A stretch of 64,000 nt of DNA from the NCBI GenBank assembly GCA_014905635.1, contig JABVCE010000012.1:744001-808000 (forward strand), written 5' to 3'. The position numbers and the translations under genes were made by a program. Of the stretch, positions 1 to 13,227 are shown in pieces. Source of the DNA: Scenedesmus sp. PABB004 (taxonomy: Eukaryota). Positions within the stretch are counted from its first letter, which is position 1. Each line of letters opens with the position of its first letter. The notes beneath the pieces are model-generated. The model did not search any database and was not told the DNA's origin. It saw nothing but the letters and a program-made list of their open reading frames with translations.

Positions 1-3000
1 GCCGCCGGCCGCGCCGTCGCCCGCCGCCGCCGCCGTTGCGGGCGCGCAGGCGGCGGCGCCCGCGGCGGCGGGCGCGCCGCCGCCGCCGACCTCGCCGCGC
101 GGCGCGGCGGCGCAGGAGTGGGGCCGGCGCTCGCTCGTGGAGGGTCTGTTCTTCCCGCACTGCGAGGGCCTCGTCGCTGAGTCGCTCAGCGGCAGCGGGC
201 TGTACAGCAGCGGCGGCGGCGCGCCGCCGGGCGGCGGCGGCGGCGGCCATGCCGTGTTCAATAACGCCGGCAGCCTGTACGGCAGCCTGTACAACAGCAT
301 AAGCGCCAGCCTCGCCGGCAGCAGCCTCGGCAGCGGCGCTCTCTCGATGTACCAAGACGCGCGCAGCGTGTTTGGCGGCAGCAGCGCAGGCGCGGGCGCG
401 TGGAGCCCGCCGCCCGCGGCGCCGCCCGGCGGCGGCGGCGGCGGCGCGTCGCCGCCGCCGGCGCCGCACGGCCACGCGGCCGTGCCGCCCGCGGCGGCGT
501 GGTGCGTGCGCGGCTGCGTGCCGGCGGTCGTCGTCGCGCTGCATTACCACGTGCCCGCCTGCGCGGCGGCGGGCGCGGGCGCGGGCGCGGGTGCGGGCGC
601 GGGCGCGGCGCCGCCGCGCTTTGAGCTGCGCTGCGCGGGGCTCGTCACGTCGCTGGACGTGGCGGGCCGCGGCTGCCACGCGAGCGTCAAGGCGTACTGC
701 CTGGAGGCCGCGGAGCACCTGCCGCCCGCCTGGGCGGCCGCCGACCGGCAGCTTGCGGGGCTCGCGCCGGGCGAGCTCGGCGCCGTGCCGCGCGCGGTGC
801 CCGCGCTGCAGGGCGTCACGGGGTTTGTGCACCAGGTGGGGCGGGGCGGGGCGGGGCTCGGCCGCAGCGCCCGCGGCGGCGCGCGGGCCCGCGCGCGCGC
901 GGCGGCGGCGCGTGCGTCGCTGACCTCCGCCCGCTGCTCCGCCGCAGGCGCCCGCGTGCAGCAGCCCGAGGGCGGGGGACGGCGGCGGCGGCGCCGCCGC
1001 GCTGCAGGCGTGGCCGGTGCTGCTGCTGGGCGGCGCGCCGCTGGAGCCCGGCCGCGCGCTGCCGGCGGTGCAGCGCCCCAGCCTCAGCGTGAAGGCCTCG
1101 GCGCACCACCGCGACGGCGGCCGCGCGCAGCTGGTCAAGGCGGCTGTTGACTGCGAGCTGACGCCGGCCACGCTGTGGCTCACGGGCGGCCTCGCGGCGC
1201 GGCTGGGCAGCGTCGGCGCATTGCTGGCGCAGCCGCCGCGCGCCCCCGCCGCCGCTGGGCGCCAGCCGCCACCGGCGCCCGCGCCGCGCGTGGCCCCCGC
1301 GGCGCCCAACCCCTGGGCGGCGGCGGAGGGCGCGGCGAGCAGCGGTGCGGCTGGCGTGCGGCGGCAGGGAGTGGACGCGGTCATTGCTTCAATCATTGAA
1401 GAGCTGAACGACGCGCCGCCGCGCGCGCCTGCAGCGGCGAGCGCGCCCGCCCGGCTGCCAGAGCCGGCCGCGGCGCCGCCGCCGCCGCGGGTGCAGCCCG
1501 GCGCGGCGGCGCCGCCAAGCCTGGCGCTGCCACGGAGCCTCGTGGGCGCGGAGCTGTCGGCGGCCGTGCACCTCCCGCGCGCGTGCGTGGTGCTGCCGCT
1601 GCCGCAGCCGTCGGGTGCGGCGGCCGGCGAGAGCGGGAGGGGCTTCGTGGTGCTGGACCTTCACGGCGGCAGCAGCAGCAGCTCGAGCAGCGGCGGCAGC
1701 TTCGCCGCCGCCGGCCACCACGGCGGCAGGCACCACGCGCAGCAGCAGGGCGGCGGCGCGCTGCGCGCGGCGGCGGCCGCCGCCAGCAGCAAGGCGCTGC
1801 CGCTGATGCGGCTGTCGTCGCGGTCGCCGGGGGCCGGGGCGGCGGGCGGCGCGCCCGGCGCGGCGTGGCAGGCGCACGCGGCGCCGCCGCAGGGGCTGCT
1901 GCTGGAGGGCTGCCTCACGCGCGCCCGGGTGCTGTGGCTGACTGAGGCGCCCGGCAAGAAGGGCGGCGCCAAGGCCGGCAGCAGCGGCGGCGGCGGCGGC
2001 AGCGGCGGCGGCGGCAGCGGCGGCCTCGCGGCCGCCGCGGCCAAGGCGGCCGCCTCTGCGGCGGCGGCCGCGGCAGCCGGCGGCGGCAGCAAGCCCCTGC
2101 AGCCGCAGGGCTACAGCCTGACGCGGCTGCTGCGCAAGCAGCAGCCGCACGACGCCGCCAACGCCGGCGGCAGGCTCTCGGCCAGCTGCATTCTCGACGC
2201 CTGCCCGGCCGCCGCGCCCAAGGCGCCGCCCGGCGAGCTGCACCCGCCGCACGGCCTCCGGCCCGGCGCGGCGGAGATGGGCTTTGGCCCCGACGACGTC
2301 CCCTGGGGCGCGGCGGTGTTTGTGACAGTGTCGGTCGACCCCGCCGCGCGGCCGGCGCCGGGCGCGGCCGAGGCCGCGGCCGCGCTGGCGGCGGCACACG
2401 CCAAGGACCGCGGCGGCGAGGGCGAGGCCGACGGCGACGGCCTGTACGACGACGGCTGGCCCGCGCCGGGCTCGGCGTCCAGCAGCATGCACAGCCAGGC
2501 GAGCAGCGGCGGCTCGCTGCACCCGCCCGGCGGCGGCGGCGACCCGGGCGCCGCCGCCCGCGCGCCCGGCGGTGGCGGCGCCGCGGCGCTGGGCGTGTTG
2601 GGCTTCACGCAGCGCTGCCAGGAGGGCTCAGGCATCGTGGTGCACCTGCGCGCGCCGGCCGTGAGCGGCGTCACGAGCCGGGCCGAGCTGGTCGCGCTGC
2701 TGGAGTCGGCCGTCGCGCTGGCGGCGCCAAGCGCAGCGGGCGCGGCGGTCGCGGCGCCGGCGGCGGCGCGCGCGCGCCGGTGCACGCAGGTCGCGCTGCT
2801 GCTGCAGTGCCGGCTGCAGTGCTGCCTGCAGGCGGCGCCGGCGGCCAAGCCGGCGCACCGCGGCCACCACCACGCGCACCACCAGCAGCACCCGCCGCCC
2901 AGCGCGGCGCCACCTGGCGCGGCGCCGGCGGCCGGCGCCGCCGCGCCCGGCGGCCGTCCCAAGCCCCGGGCCTGGCGTCATTTGAGGTGGCGGCGGATGA

Positions 3001-6000
3001 GGTGATGCTGTTCCACGTGGCGGGCCTGGGCGGGCAGCCCTCTGCTGCCGCCACCGCCGTGTGCGTGCAGGGCCTGGCGCTCACGACGGCGCAGCCCGGC
3101 GCCGGCGGCCGGCTGTGCGCGCTGCTGCTCCCACGGCACAGCAAGACCACGGGCCCGCCCGGGCTGGAGGTGCTGAGCGTGGCGCCGGCGCCGGCGTGCG
3201 GCGGCGCCCGCGCGCCGGGCGGCGGCGGCGGCGGCGCGATCATGTCTGTGCTGCTGCGCGGCGCCACGCTGGCGGCCGACCCCGGCGGCCTCAGCATGGA
3301 CTGGGCGGCCGCGCTGGCCGAATTCATGGCGCCCGTCGCCGCCGCGGCGGCGGGGCCCGGCGCCGGCGACGTGCCCGCGCCCGCGCCTGCGCCCGCGGCG
3401 GCGCCCTCGGCGCCGGCCGCGCCCGCGCAGGCCGCGGGCCGGCAGCAGGCGCAGCGGCCGCCGCAGCAGGCGGCGCCGGCGGCGGCGGGGCAGCAGCTCG
3501 TCGTCAATCTCCAAGACTTTGCGCTGCGCTGCGAGCCGCGCAGCGGCGCGCCGCTGCGGCACAACAGCAGCCGCATGGCTGCGGCGCTCGTGCTCGAGGG
3601 CGCGCACTGGACGCGCAGCCCCGGGCCCGCCGCGCCGCAGCACGTGCTGCTGCACTCGCTCGGCTTCTACGTCGCCGCCGCCGCCGCGCGGCCGGGCGTG
3701 AGCAGCGCCGCGCTCGGCGGCCTGGGCGGCTGGGACGCGGCCGCGCCGGTGGACCTCCACGGGCTCAGCCTGTCGGCCGCGGGCTACCACTGCCTCGCCC
3801 AGGAGGGCGGCCTCGCGGTGCTGCTGCGCCCCGCGCCGGCGCACGGTGGCACGCTGTGAGCGCTGGGCCGCGGCGCGCGCGGCTGCCGCGGCGGCGTCTG
3901 CGCGGACGCCCCTTCACGCCCGCCGCCCGCCCGCCGCCCGCCCGCGCCCTCGCAGGGAGGTCGAGGTGCGCAACAGCCACCTCACCGGCAGCCTGCGCAA
4001 GGACACCGCCGCGCTCGCGGTGCAGCTGCTCAACCAGTGGGCGGCGCACGCGCTGCTGCGCAACCCCCCGCAGTTCAACACCAGCCCGCGCGCGAGCGGC
4101 GCGGGCGGGGCGCGCTACGCCGGTGGCAACGCGGCCGCACGCGGCGGCGCCGCGGCGGCAGCGCAGCACGGCGGCGCCGGCGGCGGCGGTGCGCCGCTGG
4201 AGCTGCCGGAGCTGCTGGGTGGCATCGATGAGGACGCATTCACCACCAGCCGGCTGAACAAGGCGGGCAGCGACGGCGGCCAGCCCCCAGGCGGGGCGGG
4301 CGGCGCCGCCGCAGCAGCAGCGCCGAGCAGCACCGCGGGCGGGCGCGCGGAGGCGCCCGCGGCGCCGGGGCAGGAGCAGCAGCAGCAACGGAAGCAGCAG
4401 CAGCCGCCGCAGCAGCAGAGCGGGCTGGAGTCGTCCGCCTTTCTCTCGGGCGGCTGGTTCCCGCACCCCACCCCCGACCCGGCCCTGCCGGCGCCCGGCG
4501 GCGCGGCCGGGGCTGGCGAGCGGGACGCGGGCGCAGCCGCCAGCGCGGGCGAGCCCGGCGGCCCCAGCGGCGGCAGCGAGGGCGCGGACGCGGGGGCCGG
4601 CGAGCAGCAGCGCCGCGCCGCGCCGCGCGACGCGGCGCCCGCGCGCGGCGGCGGCGGCGGCGGCGCCCCGGCGCCCCGGCGGCGCGGCCTCGCGGGCCTC
4701 CTGGACAGCCCCGACCGCGGCTGGGAGCCGTGTGTGAGCGGCCTGCGCCTGGCCGGCGACGGCGACGACAGCGATGCCGATGTCAACGCCGGTGCGAGCG
4801 CCGTCGTGGCGTCGCTGCTCGACGATCGCGTGCTCGCAGCGAGCGTCCTCGCGCTGCTGCCGCCGGGCGAGGCCGCCGCGGCGGCGGGCGGCGCGGTGCC
4901 GGGCCCCGTGCCGGTGCTGCTGGACGACTTTTTCGGCGGCGCCGGCGGCGCGCCGGGCGGCGACGACGACGGCGACGACGCAGGCAGCCCCGCCGGCAGC
5001 GAGGGAGATTACGACATCATCAGCCCCGCGCGGCGGCAGAGGCGGCGGCCGGCGCAGCGCGCGCGGCACGCGGCGCCACGGCGTCGGGCCCGGCGGCCGC
5101 CGAGCGCGGCGGCGGCGGCGAGGAGGCCGCGGCGGCGGGGGTCTGGTACGCTGCCGCCGGCGCGGCTGAGCCGGGCGGCGCGCCAGCGTCGCCGAACGCG
5201 GCGGTGGCGTCCGCTGCGGCGGTGCGCGCCGGCGGGCCCGCGGCGGCGCCGGACGCGCCGCCGCCGCCGCCGGGCGTGAGCGTGCAGGAGGACTACGTCG
5301 CCCCGCCCTCGCCCTCCCATCCGGGCGGCCTGCTGCTCGGCGGCGGCGACGGCGCGTCGCCCGCCGACGCGGCGGGCGACGCGGCGGGCGAGTCGGCCGC
5401 GCACCGCCGGCGCGGCTTTGTGTCGCCGTGGGCGCGCGTGCTGGCGCACCCGCTGTTTGCGCACCTGCTGCCGCTCGACCCCGGCGCGCCGCCGCCCGCG
5501 GCGCGGCTCGTGTGCACGGGGCTGTCGTCGATGTTTGTACTGCACGACCGCGGCGCGCCGCCGGGCGGGCAGCCCGGCGCGCCGCCCGGCCGCGGCGCGC
5601 GGCGGCGCGGCAGCGCGGCCGCGCGGCGCCGCGCGGCCGCCGGCAGCAGCGGCGGCCGGCTGGAGGTGGAGCTCGACGGCGTGGCGCTCGCGCTGGAGCT
5701 CTTCCCGCCGGGGCACTGCCACGTCAGCCGGCTCGCGCTCGCGGTGGGGTCGGTCGAGGTGCGCGACTGCCTCGGCGCCGCGGCGGCGGCCGCCGCGGCC
5801 GCGGCCGGCGGCGGCGCGGCCGGCGGCGTCGCGGCGGCCGCCGCGGCGGTGGCGTCCGCGGCGACGACCGCCGCGGCGGCCGCGGCCGCCGCGGCCGCGG
5901 CCGCGGGGCAGGGCCCGCGCCGCATGGCCGCGGCGGCCGCCGGCGCGGTGAGCAGCAGCCGCAGCGCGTCCGCCAAGGCCGGCGCGCCGCCGCGCGGCGC

Positions 6001-7046
6001 GGCGCGGCGCAGCGGCGGCGGGCGGAGCTGGTGCAAGGTGCTGTCGGTGCGGCGCCCCGGCACGCGCGGCGGCGCGCGCATCAGCAAGGGCGCCGGCGGC
6101 GGTAGCGCCGGCACCTCGCCCGCGAAGCCGCCGGGCGGCGGCGCGCCCGGCGGCGGGGGCGCCGCGGGCGCGCCGCCGCCGCCGGGCGCGGCGCTCGGCG
6201 GCCTGCTCGACGGCTGGCCCGCCGCCGCGCTCGCGCCCGACTCGCTGCTGCCCGCGGCCGCGGCGGTGCTCGAGACGGTCTGCCCCGACCCCGCCGGCGC
6301 GCCGGGCGTGGAGGAGTGCCGGCTCGGCGTCGCGCTGCTGCCGCTGCGGCTGCGGCTCACGCCTGACCTCATCGCGTTTCTGATCGCCTTTGCCGGCGCG
6401 GTCGGCGACGCCGTCGCGGCGGTCGAGAACCCGCTCGCGGCCGCGGCGGCAGAGGCGGCCGCCGCCGCGGCCGCCGCCGCCGCCGCGGCTGCGCCGCCGG
6501 GCTCGCCGCCGGGCGCGCCGCCGGGCTCGCCGCCCGGCGCGCCGCCGGGCGTGCCGCCGCCGTTCTTCCAGAAGGCGGTCGTGTGGGGCACGGGGCTCAG
6601 CATCGAGCACCGCCCGCGCCGCGTCGACGTCGCGGCGCTGCGCGACGGCGAGCTGCTGGAGCTGCTCAACCTCGTGCCCTGGGGCGGCGTGGACCTCGCG
6701 CTCACGCCGCTGCGCTTCACCGGCGTCGTCGGCTGGGACGGCCTCGCCGGCGCCGCGGCGCGCGCGTGGCTGGGCCACGTCGGCCGCACGCAGGCGCACA
6801 AGTTCCTCGCCGGCGTCGCGCCGATCCGGAGCGTGCTGCGCGCCGGCGGCGCCGTCGCGGCGCTGCTGGCGGGCCCCGCGGCGTCGCTGCAGGGCGCGCT
6901 CGGCGGCGCGGTCGCGGCGGCCAGCCGCGGCGGCGGCGGCGGCGGCGCCGGCGGCGCCGGCGGCGCGGGACTGCAGCAGCGCCTGCGCGCCGCCGCGTCG
7001 TCGGTGGCGGCCGCCAGCCGCGTGGCCGCGGGCGCCAACCGGCCGC

Positions 7047-7078
<32 letters not shown>

Positions 7079-7633
7079 GAGGCGCCCCCGCCGGGCCGCC
7101 GCGCCGCGCTGGCCGCGGCGCTGCAGGACAGCAGCGCCGCGTTTGCGCGGGCGCTGCTGTTCGAGGCGCTCGGGCTGGGCGCGGGCGTCGCGGCGGGCGC
7201 GGAGGCGGTGCTGGCGGGCGGCGCGCCGCTCGCGCTGCCGGCGGCGCCGCCGTCGGGCCTGGCCGACGGCCTGCGCGCCGCGGCGGGCGAGGTCTCGGGC
7301 GGCATCGCGGGCGCGGCCGAGGCGCTCACGCGCGGGCTGGGGCCGTCGGTGCGCAGCTTCCGGCCGAGCGAGGCCGCCAGCTGGCAGGCAGCGGCGGCCG
7401 GCGTGCTGCGCACCGCGCCGGCCGCCGCGGCGGCGCCCGCGCGCGGGCTCGCCGCCGCCGCACGCAGCGCGCTGCTCGGCGCGCAGAGCGCGGTCGGCGC
7501 GGCGCCCGCGCGGGCGCGTGAGGCTGCGGCGCCGCGGCCACCGGACGGCGCAGATGAGGGCGCGACGAGCGAAAGCGAGAGCCAGGGCGGCGAGGAGCGC
7601 GGGGGCAGCGACAGCGACAGCGAGGACGCGTGA
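1..7633 (+). CDS. ATG2: Autophagy-related protein 2 (ATG2), spliced, 5' end outside window
   Basis: The C-terminal block PPFFQKAVVWGTGLSIEHRPRRVDVAALRDGELLELLNLVPWGGVDLAL...GVVGW...HKFLAGVAPIRS matches the conserved plant ATG2 C-terminal region. A CAD-like segment (SLRKDTAALAVQLL) lies near 3990. Introns at ~836-947 and ~3856-3955. Apparent frameshifts near 2960 and 5030. Confidence 0.88.
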
Positions 7634-7911
7634 GGGCTGCCTGGCTGGCTGCGAGCGAGCGAGTGTGGCGTGGGGCTCCGTTGCTGCGGTTGCGGCGCCA
7701 CCTGGTGACGCAAGGCGTGCTCTCAGTTGTCCGCCGCAACCGCCGCCGCGCGCCGGCAGCGCGCACAGTGCAGCGGCAGTCGCGGACCAAGGCGTTGAGC
7801 ACTCGGAAGCATGCCCGCCAGCAGGTCTTGCAGCCCAGAAGCAAGTCTCGCCGCCAGTCACAGTGCTGGTGGTGCAGCAGGCGGCGCACGCACGCGCGCG
7901 CGCGCGCACGC

Positions 7912-8758
7912 TCACGGCCCGCCAGCGGCCGAGCCGCCGCGCGCCGCCACCGCCGCGGTCTCGCTGCTGTGCTGCTCGTCCAGGCGCGCGGCCATCTTGG
8001 CGAGCGTGTCGGAGAGCATCAGCGCAAACTGGCGCTGCATGCCCTCGACGGCGCGCTGGTGCGCGTCGGCCTGCGGCGCGGGCGGCAGCAGCCCAGGGGT
8101 GGGTGGCCGCCCGCGCGCGCCGGTCGGTGGGGCGCCAGCGCCGGGCGGGGCGGGCCGGGCGACGCGCGCGGCGGGCCGCCCGCACCTGGGCCGCGGCTGC
8201 CGCGGCCGCCGCGCTGCTGCGCGCCTCGGCCGCGGCGGCGGCCGCCCGGGCAGCGGCCAGCTCGCCCGCCAGCTCGGCGCAGCGCGCCTCCAGCTGCGCC
8301 GCGCGCGCCACTAGCTGCTCCTGCGCACGGCGGGCGGCGGGGATGGCGTGTGAGCTCGCGGCCAGCTGCTCCCGGGCAGGCGGGCTGCCGCCGGCGCTGG
8401 CTGGCCTGCGCAGCGGACGCCACGGTGGCGCGCCTGCGTGGTGCCGTGCTGCCGGGCGACGGACGCGCGGATGTCGGCGGCGTCCTCACGCGCCTGCGGG
8501 GGGAGCGCCGGCGGCGGCGCCGCGCGTCGGCAGGCGCGCCGGCGCGCACCCCGCGCCCCGCGCCGCGCTGCGCATCTGCTCGAGCGCGGCCTCCGCCGCC
8601 TCCGCGCGCTGCCGCCAGCCACGCTCCAGGCGGCGCGCGTCGGCGGCCTCAAATGTTTTCAGCGCCAGCAGGTTTCGCAGGCCGGCCAGCTCCACCTCCA
8701 GCCGCGCCGCCGCGCCGTCGTCGTTGGCGGCGGCGGGGGTCTTCGCCCGGGGAGGCAT
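7912..8758 (-). CDS. CCDC153/DRC12-like coiled-coil protein (4 exons)
   Basis: Spliced product MPPRAK...LEVELAGLRNLLALKT...AADIRASVARQHGTTQ|EQLVARAAQLE...MQRQFALMLSDTLAKMAARLD resembles the CCDC153 motifs 'DMTRQYK.MQEEL' and 'M..EF..ML.ETL.KM'. The first donor site is ambiguous. Confidence 0.6.
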
Positions 8759-9088
8759 CTCCCAGAGCTCGCGTCGCCAAAATCGCGTCGGCAGGGGCCG
8801 CCGCAGCCGCGGTCGCACTCAAGGGCGAGCCCGGGCTCGCCCGTCAATGTCGCGCCAACCTGAACCCGCGGCCGGTCGCGCGCGCCCGGTAATCGTTTAG
8901 CGTTAGATAAGGCAGGTAGAAGAATGCTTCGTCACGCGGGTCACGCCATCAAGCGCCCCGGCACTGCCACGCGCCGCTGCCGCCGAGCAGCAGCCGCTCT
9001 CAGACCCACCCGCCACCCCCTGCCCGCCCCAGCCCCAGACCCAGCCCCCAGCCTCCCGGCCCCCAGCCCCCAGCCTCGCGCCGTCGCG

Positions 9089-11514
9089 TCAGACGGCAGA
9101 GGCGCCGTTGGCCGGCTTGTCGCTGGGCGCCGCCGAGTCCGCTCGCGCCGGCGCGGCCGCCGCCTTGACGCTCGAGCGGCGGTGCGCCAGCGAGGCATGG
9201 CTGAAGAGCCGCGACGGCGCCTTGCCCTCCGACTCGAGCACCGCGCGGTTCTTGGCAAGCGCGGCGGGGAGCGCCTGGTTGCGCGACCGCATCGTTGACG
9301 CCAAATGCACGCGCGCGCCCGCCATCGCGCCGAGCTTGGGGTTGGACATGTGCCGCAGGCCGCGCGGCACGGCGATGCTGAACGTGCCAAACACGAGCCG
9401 GCACACGCTCTGCGGCGCGGCGGCGCGCGGCGCACGGCGCGGCGCGTGCGTGAGGCGGCGCGCGGCCCGTGAGCGCCCCGCCGCCCGCCGCCCGCCCCCC
9501 CCCCACCCCCCCCCCCCCACCCATTCTCCTGGGGCGCCGCCGCCGCCGCCGCCGCCGCACCTTGAAGCTCACGCGGTCCTCCTCCTCGCCGGGGCCGAGC
9601 GGCTCCGAAAAGTCGCTCGCGAGAGCGCGCCGCGCCGCCACGCGTCGGCGTCAGGCTCGGGCGCGCCCGCGCCGTTGTACGGCGGGATGGACAGCACGCG
9701 CAGGCAGAACTCGGCGGCGATGAGGTACAGCGCCATCGACCTGCGCGCGCGCGCGGTGGCGGCGGCGGCCGCAGACGCGGCGGCGGCGCGTTGGCGTGGC
9801 GCGGCCGACGAGGTGCGCCGCGCCGAGCGTCGACGACCGCAGCGGGGAGGCGGCGGCCGCGGCGGGAGGCGGCGGCGGCGGCGGCGCGCCTGAAGTAGCC
9901 GGGCAGCGCGGTGGAGGCGCTGCCGCAGGAGATCTTGAGCATCGCGTCCATGCTCCTGCAAGCGCGCGCGGCACGGCGCGGGCAGACCACGTGCGTGACG
10001 GCGCGGGCGAGCGCGCGCACCGGGCGTGCGCGCCGCGCCGCGCCGGCGCCGGGCGCCGCGGCGGCCGCCGGGCGCTGCGCGCCCGAGCGCCGCCAAAGGC
10101 GCGCGCGCGTCCGCCGCGCGCGCACCAGCAGAACACCGACACGTCGGTCTTGGCCTTGAGCAGGCTCAGCGTGTCCGGGTCCTGCGGCGGGCGCGCGGCG
10201 GCCGCGTCGGCCGCGTCGGCCGGGGCCCGCGCGCGGCGGCGCCCCGCTCCCCGCGCAGCAGCGCCGGCATCGGGCGCGGCGGCGGGTGCTGCGGCGGCGG
10301 CGGGTGCGGCGGGCGCGGGTGCGCGCCTGCTCGAAGCCGATGTATATGCCCAGCAGGTTGAGCAGGTACAGGTTGGCGGCCTGCCCGCTCGCGATGTTGA
10401 GCGGGCCGCGCGGGTCGGGGTTCTCCGCCGAGTCCAGCGCCAGCACGCCCTGCGCGCACGCGCGGGGCGGCGCGGGGCCGGGTGGTCGGCCGCGTCGGCG
10501 CGCCGCGTCTCTGCGCGCCGCCCGCGCGTCCCGGGCGCCGCCCGCGCGTCCCAGCCGCCGCCTGCGCTGCCGGCAGTAGTAGGTACCTTGAAGATTATGT
10601 AAAAGTAGGGCTCGTCCTTGTCGCGGCGCTCCACGACGTCGCCGGCCTTGAAGTGCCGCCACTCGCCGAGCTTGAGCACGTGGTGGAACTCGCGGCGCGT
10701 CATGCCGCAGCGGCGGTAAAACATGCGCCAGAGCATCTCGTCGTCGCCGTGCAGGCGCGGCTGCACCTCGTCGAGGATGAGCATCAGCATCGCCCACAGC
10801 TGCGCGGCGCGCGGCACGGCATGTGCACGGCGCGGCATGTGCGCGGTGCGTGTCGTGTGGCCAGCGCCCCGGCGGCCAGCGCCCCGGCGGCCAGCGCCCC
10901 CGCGGCCAGCGCCCCGGCGGCCAGCGCCGCCCCGCCCGCGCGCGCCGCGGCCGTGCGTTGAGGTCAGCCCCTGGCGCCCCGCGCGCGGCGCGGCCGTGCG
11001 TCGGGGCCAGCCAGCCCCTGCCCGGCGCGGCGCGGTGCGGCGGCGGCGGCTCACGTGCAGCGCGAGCGTGACGACGATGAAGCTCAGGCTGCCGACCATG
11101 AGGCGGTGGGGCGTGTAGTTCATGCCCCACACGGTGATGTCGGGGAAGTTGAGCGACACGTTGACGCCCAGGAAGATGTACGCGAGGATGAGCCAGAGGC
11201 GGATCATGATCAGGTCCGTCCTGCGAGCGAGCGCGGCCGGCCGCGCTCCGCCGGCGGCACTGCGCCGCGGGCGGGCGGAGGGCGCCGCGCCGCGCGGCGG
11301 CGAGCCGGGGCGCGCGGCGGCGCCCGGCGGCGCACCAGAGCGCGGAGGCCATGAAGCAGAGGCAGGAGAGCGTGCCATAGCTGCCGGTGCCGTACCAGAG
11401 GCCCTCGGGGCGCGCGGTGGGCGACTGCGCCGCCACCGCCACGAGCGGCAGCAGCGCCGCGATCACGCCCGACGCGTTTGCCGCCAGCCGCACGCGCTGC
11501 GCGGTCGTGCGCAT
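9089..11514 (-). CDS. Popeye-domain (POPDC-like) membrane protein with cNMP-binding-like fold (~8 exons)
   Basis: TM helices (CLCFMASALW|TDLIMIRLWLILAYIFLG; SLSFIVVTLALH|LWAMLMLILDE) are followed by LWRMFYRRCGMTRREFHHVLKLGEWRHFKAGDVV...FYIIFK|GVL...LKAKTDVSVFCW, the layout typical of Popeye-like proteins. Frameshift near 9615. Confidence 0.7.
10859..10928. repeat. Intronic 15-bp tandem repeat (GGCCAGCGCCCCGGC) x ~4.5
   Basis: Seen directly in an intron of the Popeye-like gene. Confidence 0.85.
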
Positions 11515-12191
11515 GGCTGGCGCTGACGACGGGCGCGCCGTGAGCAGGAGCACCCCGCTGCTCTCGAGCTGCTGCTCCTCCGCGCAGCTCGCGGTTCCGA
11601 GCGGCCCGCGGGCGGCAGTGAGCGACGCGAGCGAGCGGGAGGACACGATTTCGGTGGGCGCGGGGCGTGCGGGCCGGGCGGGCGCGCGGGGGCACGGGCT
11701 GCGCGGGCGTCGGTGCTGTCGCGGGGGCGCTGTGCGCGGCGCGCTGGCTTGGAGGTGCGGGGAAAGGCGGGGCGGAACACGAAGGACTGGTCGCGGCCAC
11801 AGAAGAACGGTGTCACCTGATGTTGTTGACGGCGGCGCGGCCAGTGACGCTCCGCCGGCGGCCAAATGCGCCGCCCTCCGCGGCCCGCCAGGCGTTCAGG
11901 GCAACGATCAACGCCGTTAGCCTCCACTGGCAGGCACGGCAGCGACCGGCGGCCGCCGCCGCGCCGCCGGCGTCGCGAGAAGTTCCCACGCGCAGCCGCC
12001 TGGCCAGGCCGGTGAAGAGTGGGGGCCCGAGCCGGCTCCACTCACCCGCCCCACCGCCCACGCACGCCCTGCTGTTGCACAAGCGCCCGGCGCCAATGCG
12101 GCCCCGCGCGGTCAGCTGTCTTCACGCACCGCGTGCTGGCGCATCACGTGGCCATCATAGCCCCCCGCGCCGTACACCTTCTACGAACGAG

Positions 12192-13227
12192 TCAGCTGTC
12201 TTCCAGCTCGCGCACCATGTGGTGCGCCAGCAGCCCGCCGGCGAGCAGCGCGCCGTAGAACGACGTCGGCACGCACTCGTCGAGCGCCCACGTGACCGCC
12301 GCGACGGCGCGGCGCGCGCGGCGCCCCCGGCCGGCCGCGGCGGGGCGCAGCACGTGGCGCTTCAGCAGGTGCTTCACGCCCCACACCGCGGCGCACGTGA
12401 AGGGCACGCGCGTCGCGAGGAAGAAACCGATTGAGTACCAGTTGCTGCGGCGCCGCGGGCGGCGCGGGCGGCGGACGTGCGGGGCGCCCGCCCGCGTCAG
12501 CGCCGTGCCAAGGGCGCGCGCGCGCCGCCCCGCAGCAGCGCCATGCCAAGGGCGCGCGCGCGCCGCCCGCAGCAGCGTGCGCCGCACCGCGTGATCTTGG
12601 TGCGCAGGCGCTGGCGGACAAAGTCCTCGATGATGTACACCGGCAGCATGAGGCTGTCCGCGGCGACGCTGTCGCGGCTCTGCGGCGCCCAGATCATGCG
12701 CCGCCCTGCGCGGGCGGCCGGCGCGGCGGGCGGTCGGCACGGCGCGGCGCGCGCGCGCGTGCTGCCGCCGCTGCTGCTCGCGCCGCCGCCTGGCGCCGCC
12801 GCTGCGGCCGCCGCGCCGGCGCGCACCAATGTCGCTGGCCGTGAAGTCCTTGTACTTTGAAATGACAAACGTGTTGACCTCCGCCAGCGACGCAGCGCGC
12901 AGCTTCTCGACGTGCCCCGGAACTCTGCCGGCGCGGTCGTGGCGGGCGGCATGGCGAGCGGGCGCGGGGCGGCGGCAGGCGGGCGCTGCCGCCGCGCGTC
13001 GAGCGCGGGCGCGGCGCGGCGCGCCGCCGGCGGCGCTCGACCAGCACTCGCCGCGGCGCACCCAGCAGCACGTCCGCGAGCCATGTGGCGCCGGCGCCGG
13101 TGGCGAGGAACTTGATGAGCTCCTCCTGCGAGGCGGCCGGCATGCCCCGTGCCACGCCGCCCGGTGCCTCGTTCACCGCGCTGGCGGCCGCGCCCGCGTC
13201 GCGCTGGCGCGAGCCGTGGTTGCCCAT
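12192..13227 (-). CDS. Hypothetical membrane protein (4 exons), possibly N-myristoylated
   Basis: Starts MGNHGS. Exons EELIKFLATGAGATWLADVLL | HVEKLRAASLAEVNTFVISKYKDF | MLPVYIIEDFVRQRLRTKIT | NWYSIGFFLATRVPF...FYGALLAGGLLAHH are joined by GT-AG introns. One frameshift in a G-run near 12915. Confidence 0.6.

Noticed and set aside
2940..5050. Programmed ribosomal frameshifting in ATG2
   Set aside because: No slippery heptamer is evident, and similar shifts occur in many unrelated genes, which favours assembly error.
10859..10928. Short direct repeats as a possible CRISPR array
   Set aside because: Head-to-tail 15-mers with no spacers, inside a eukaryotic intron, and no cas genes.
12502..12577. 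~38-bp tandem duplication in an intron
   Set aside because: Real, but an ordinary slippage product with no further structure.
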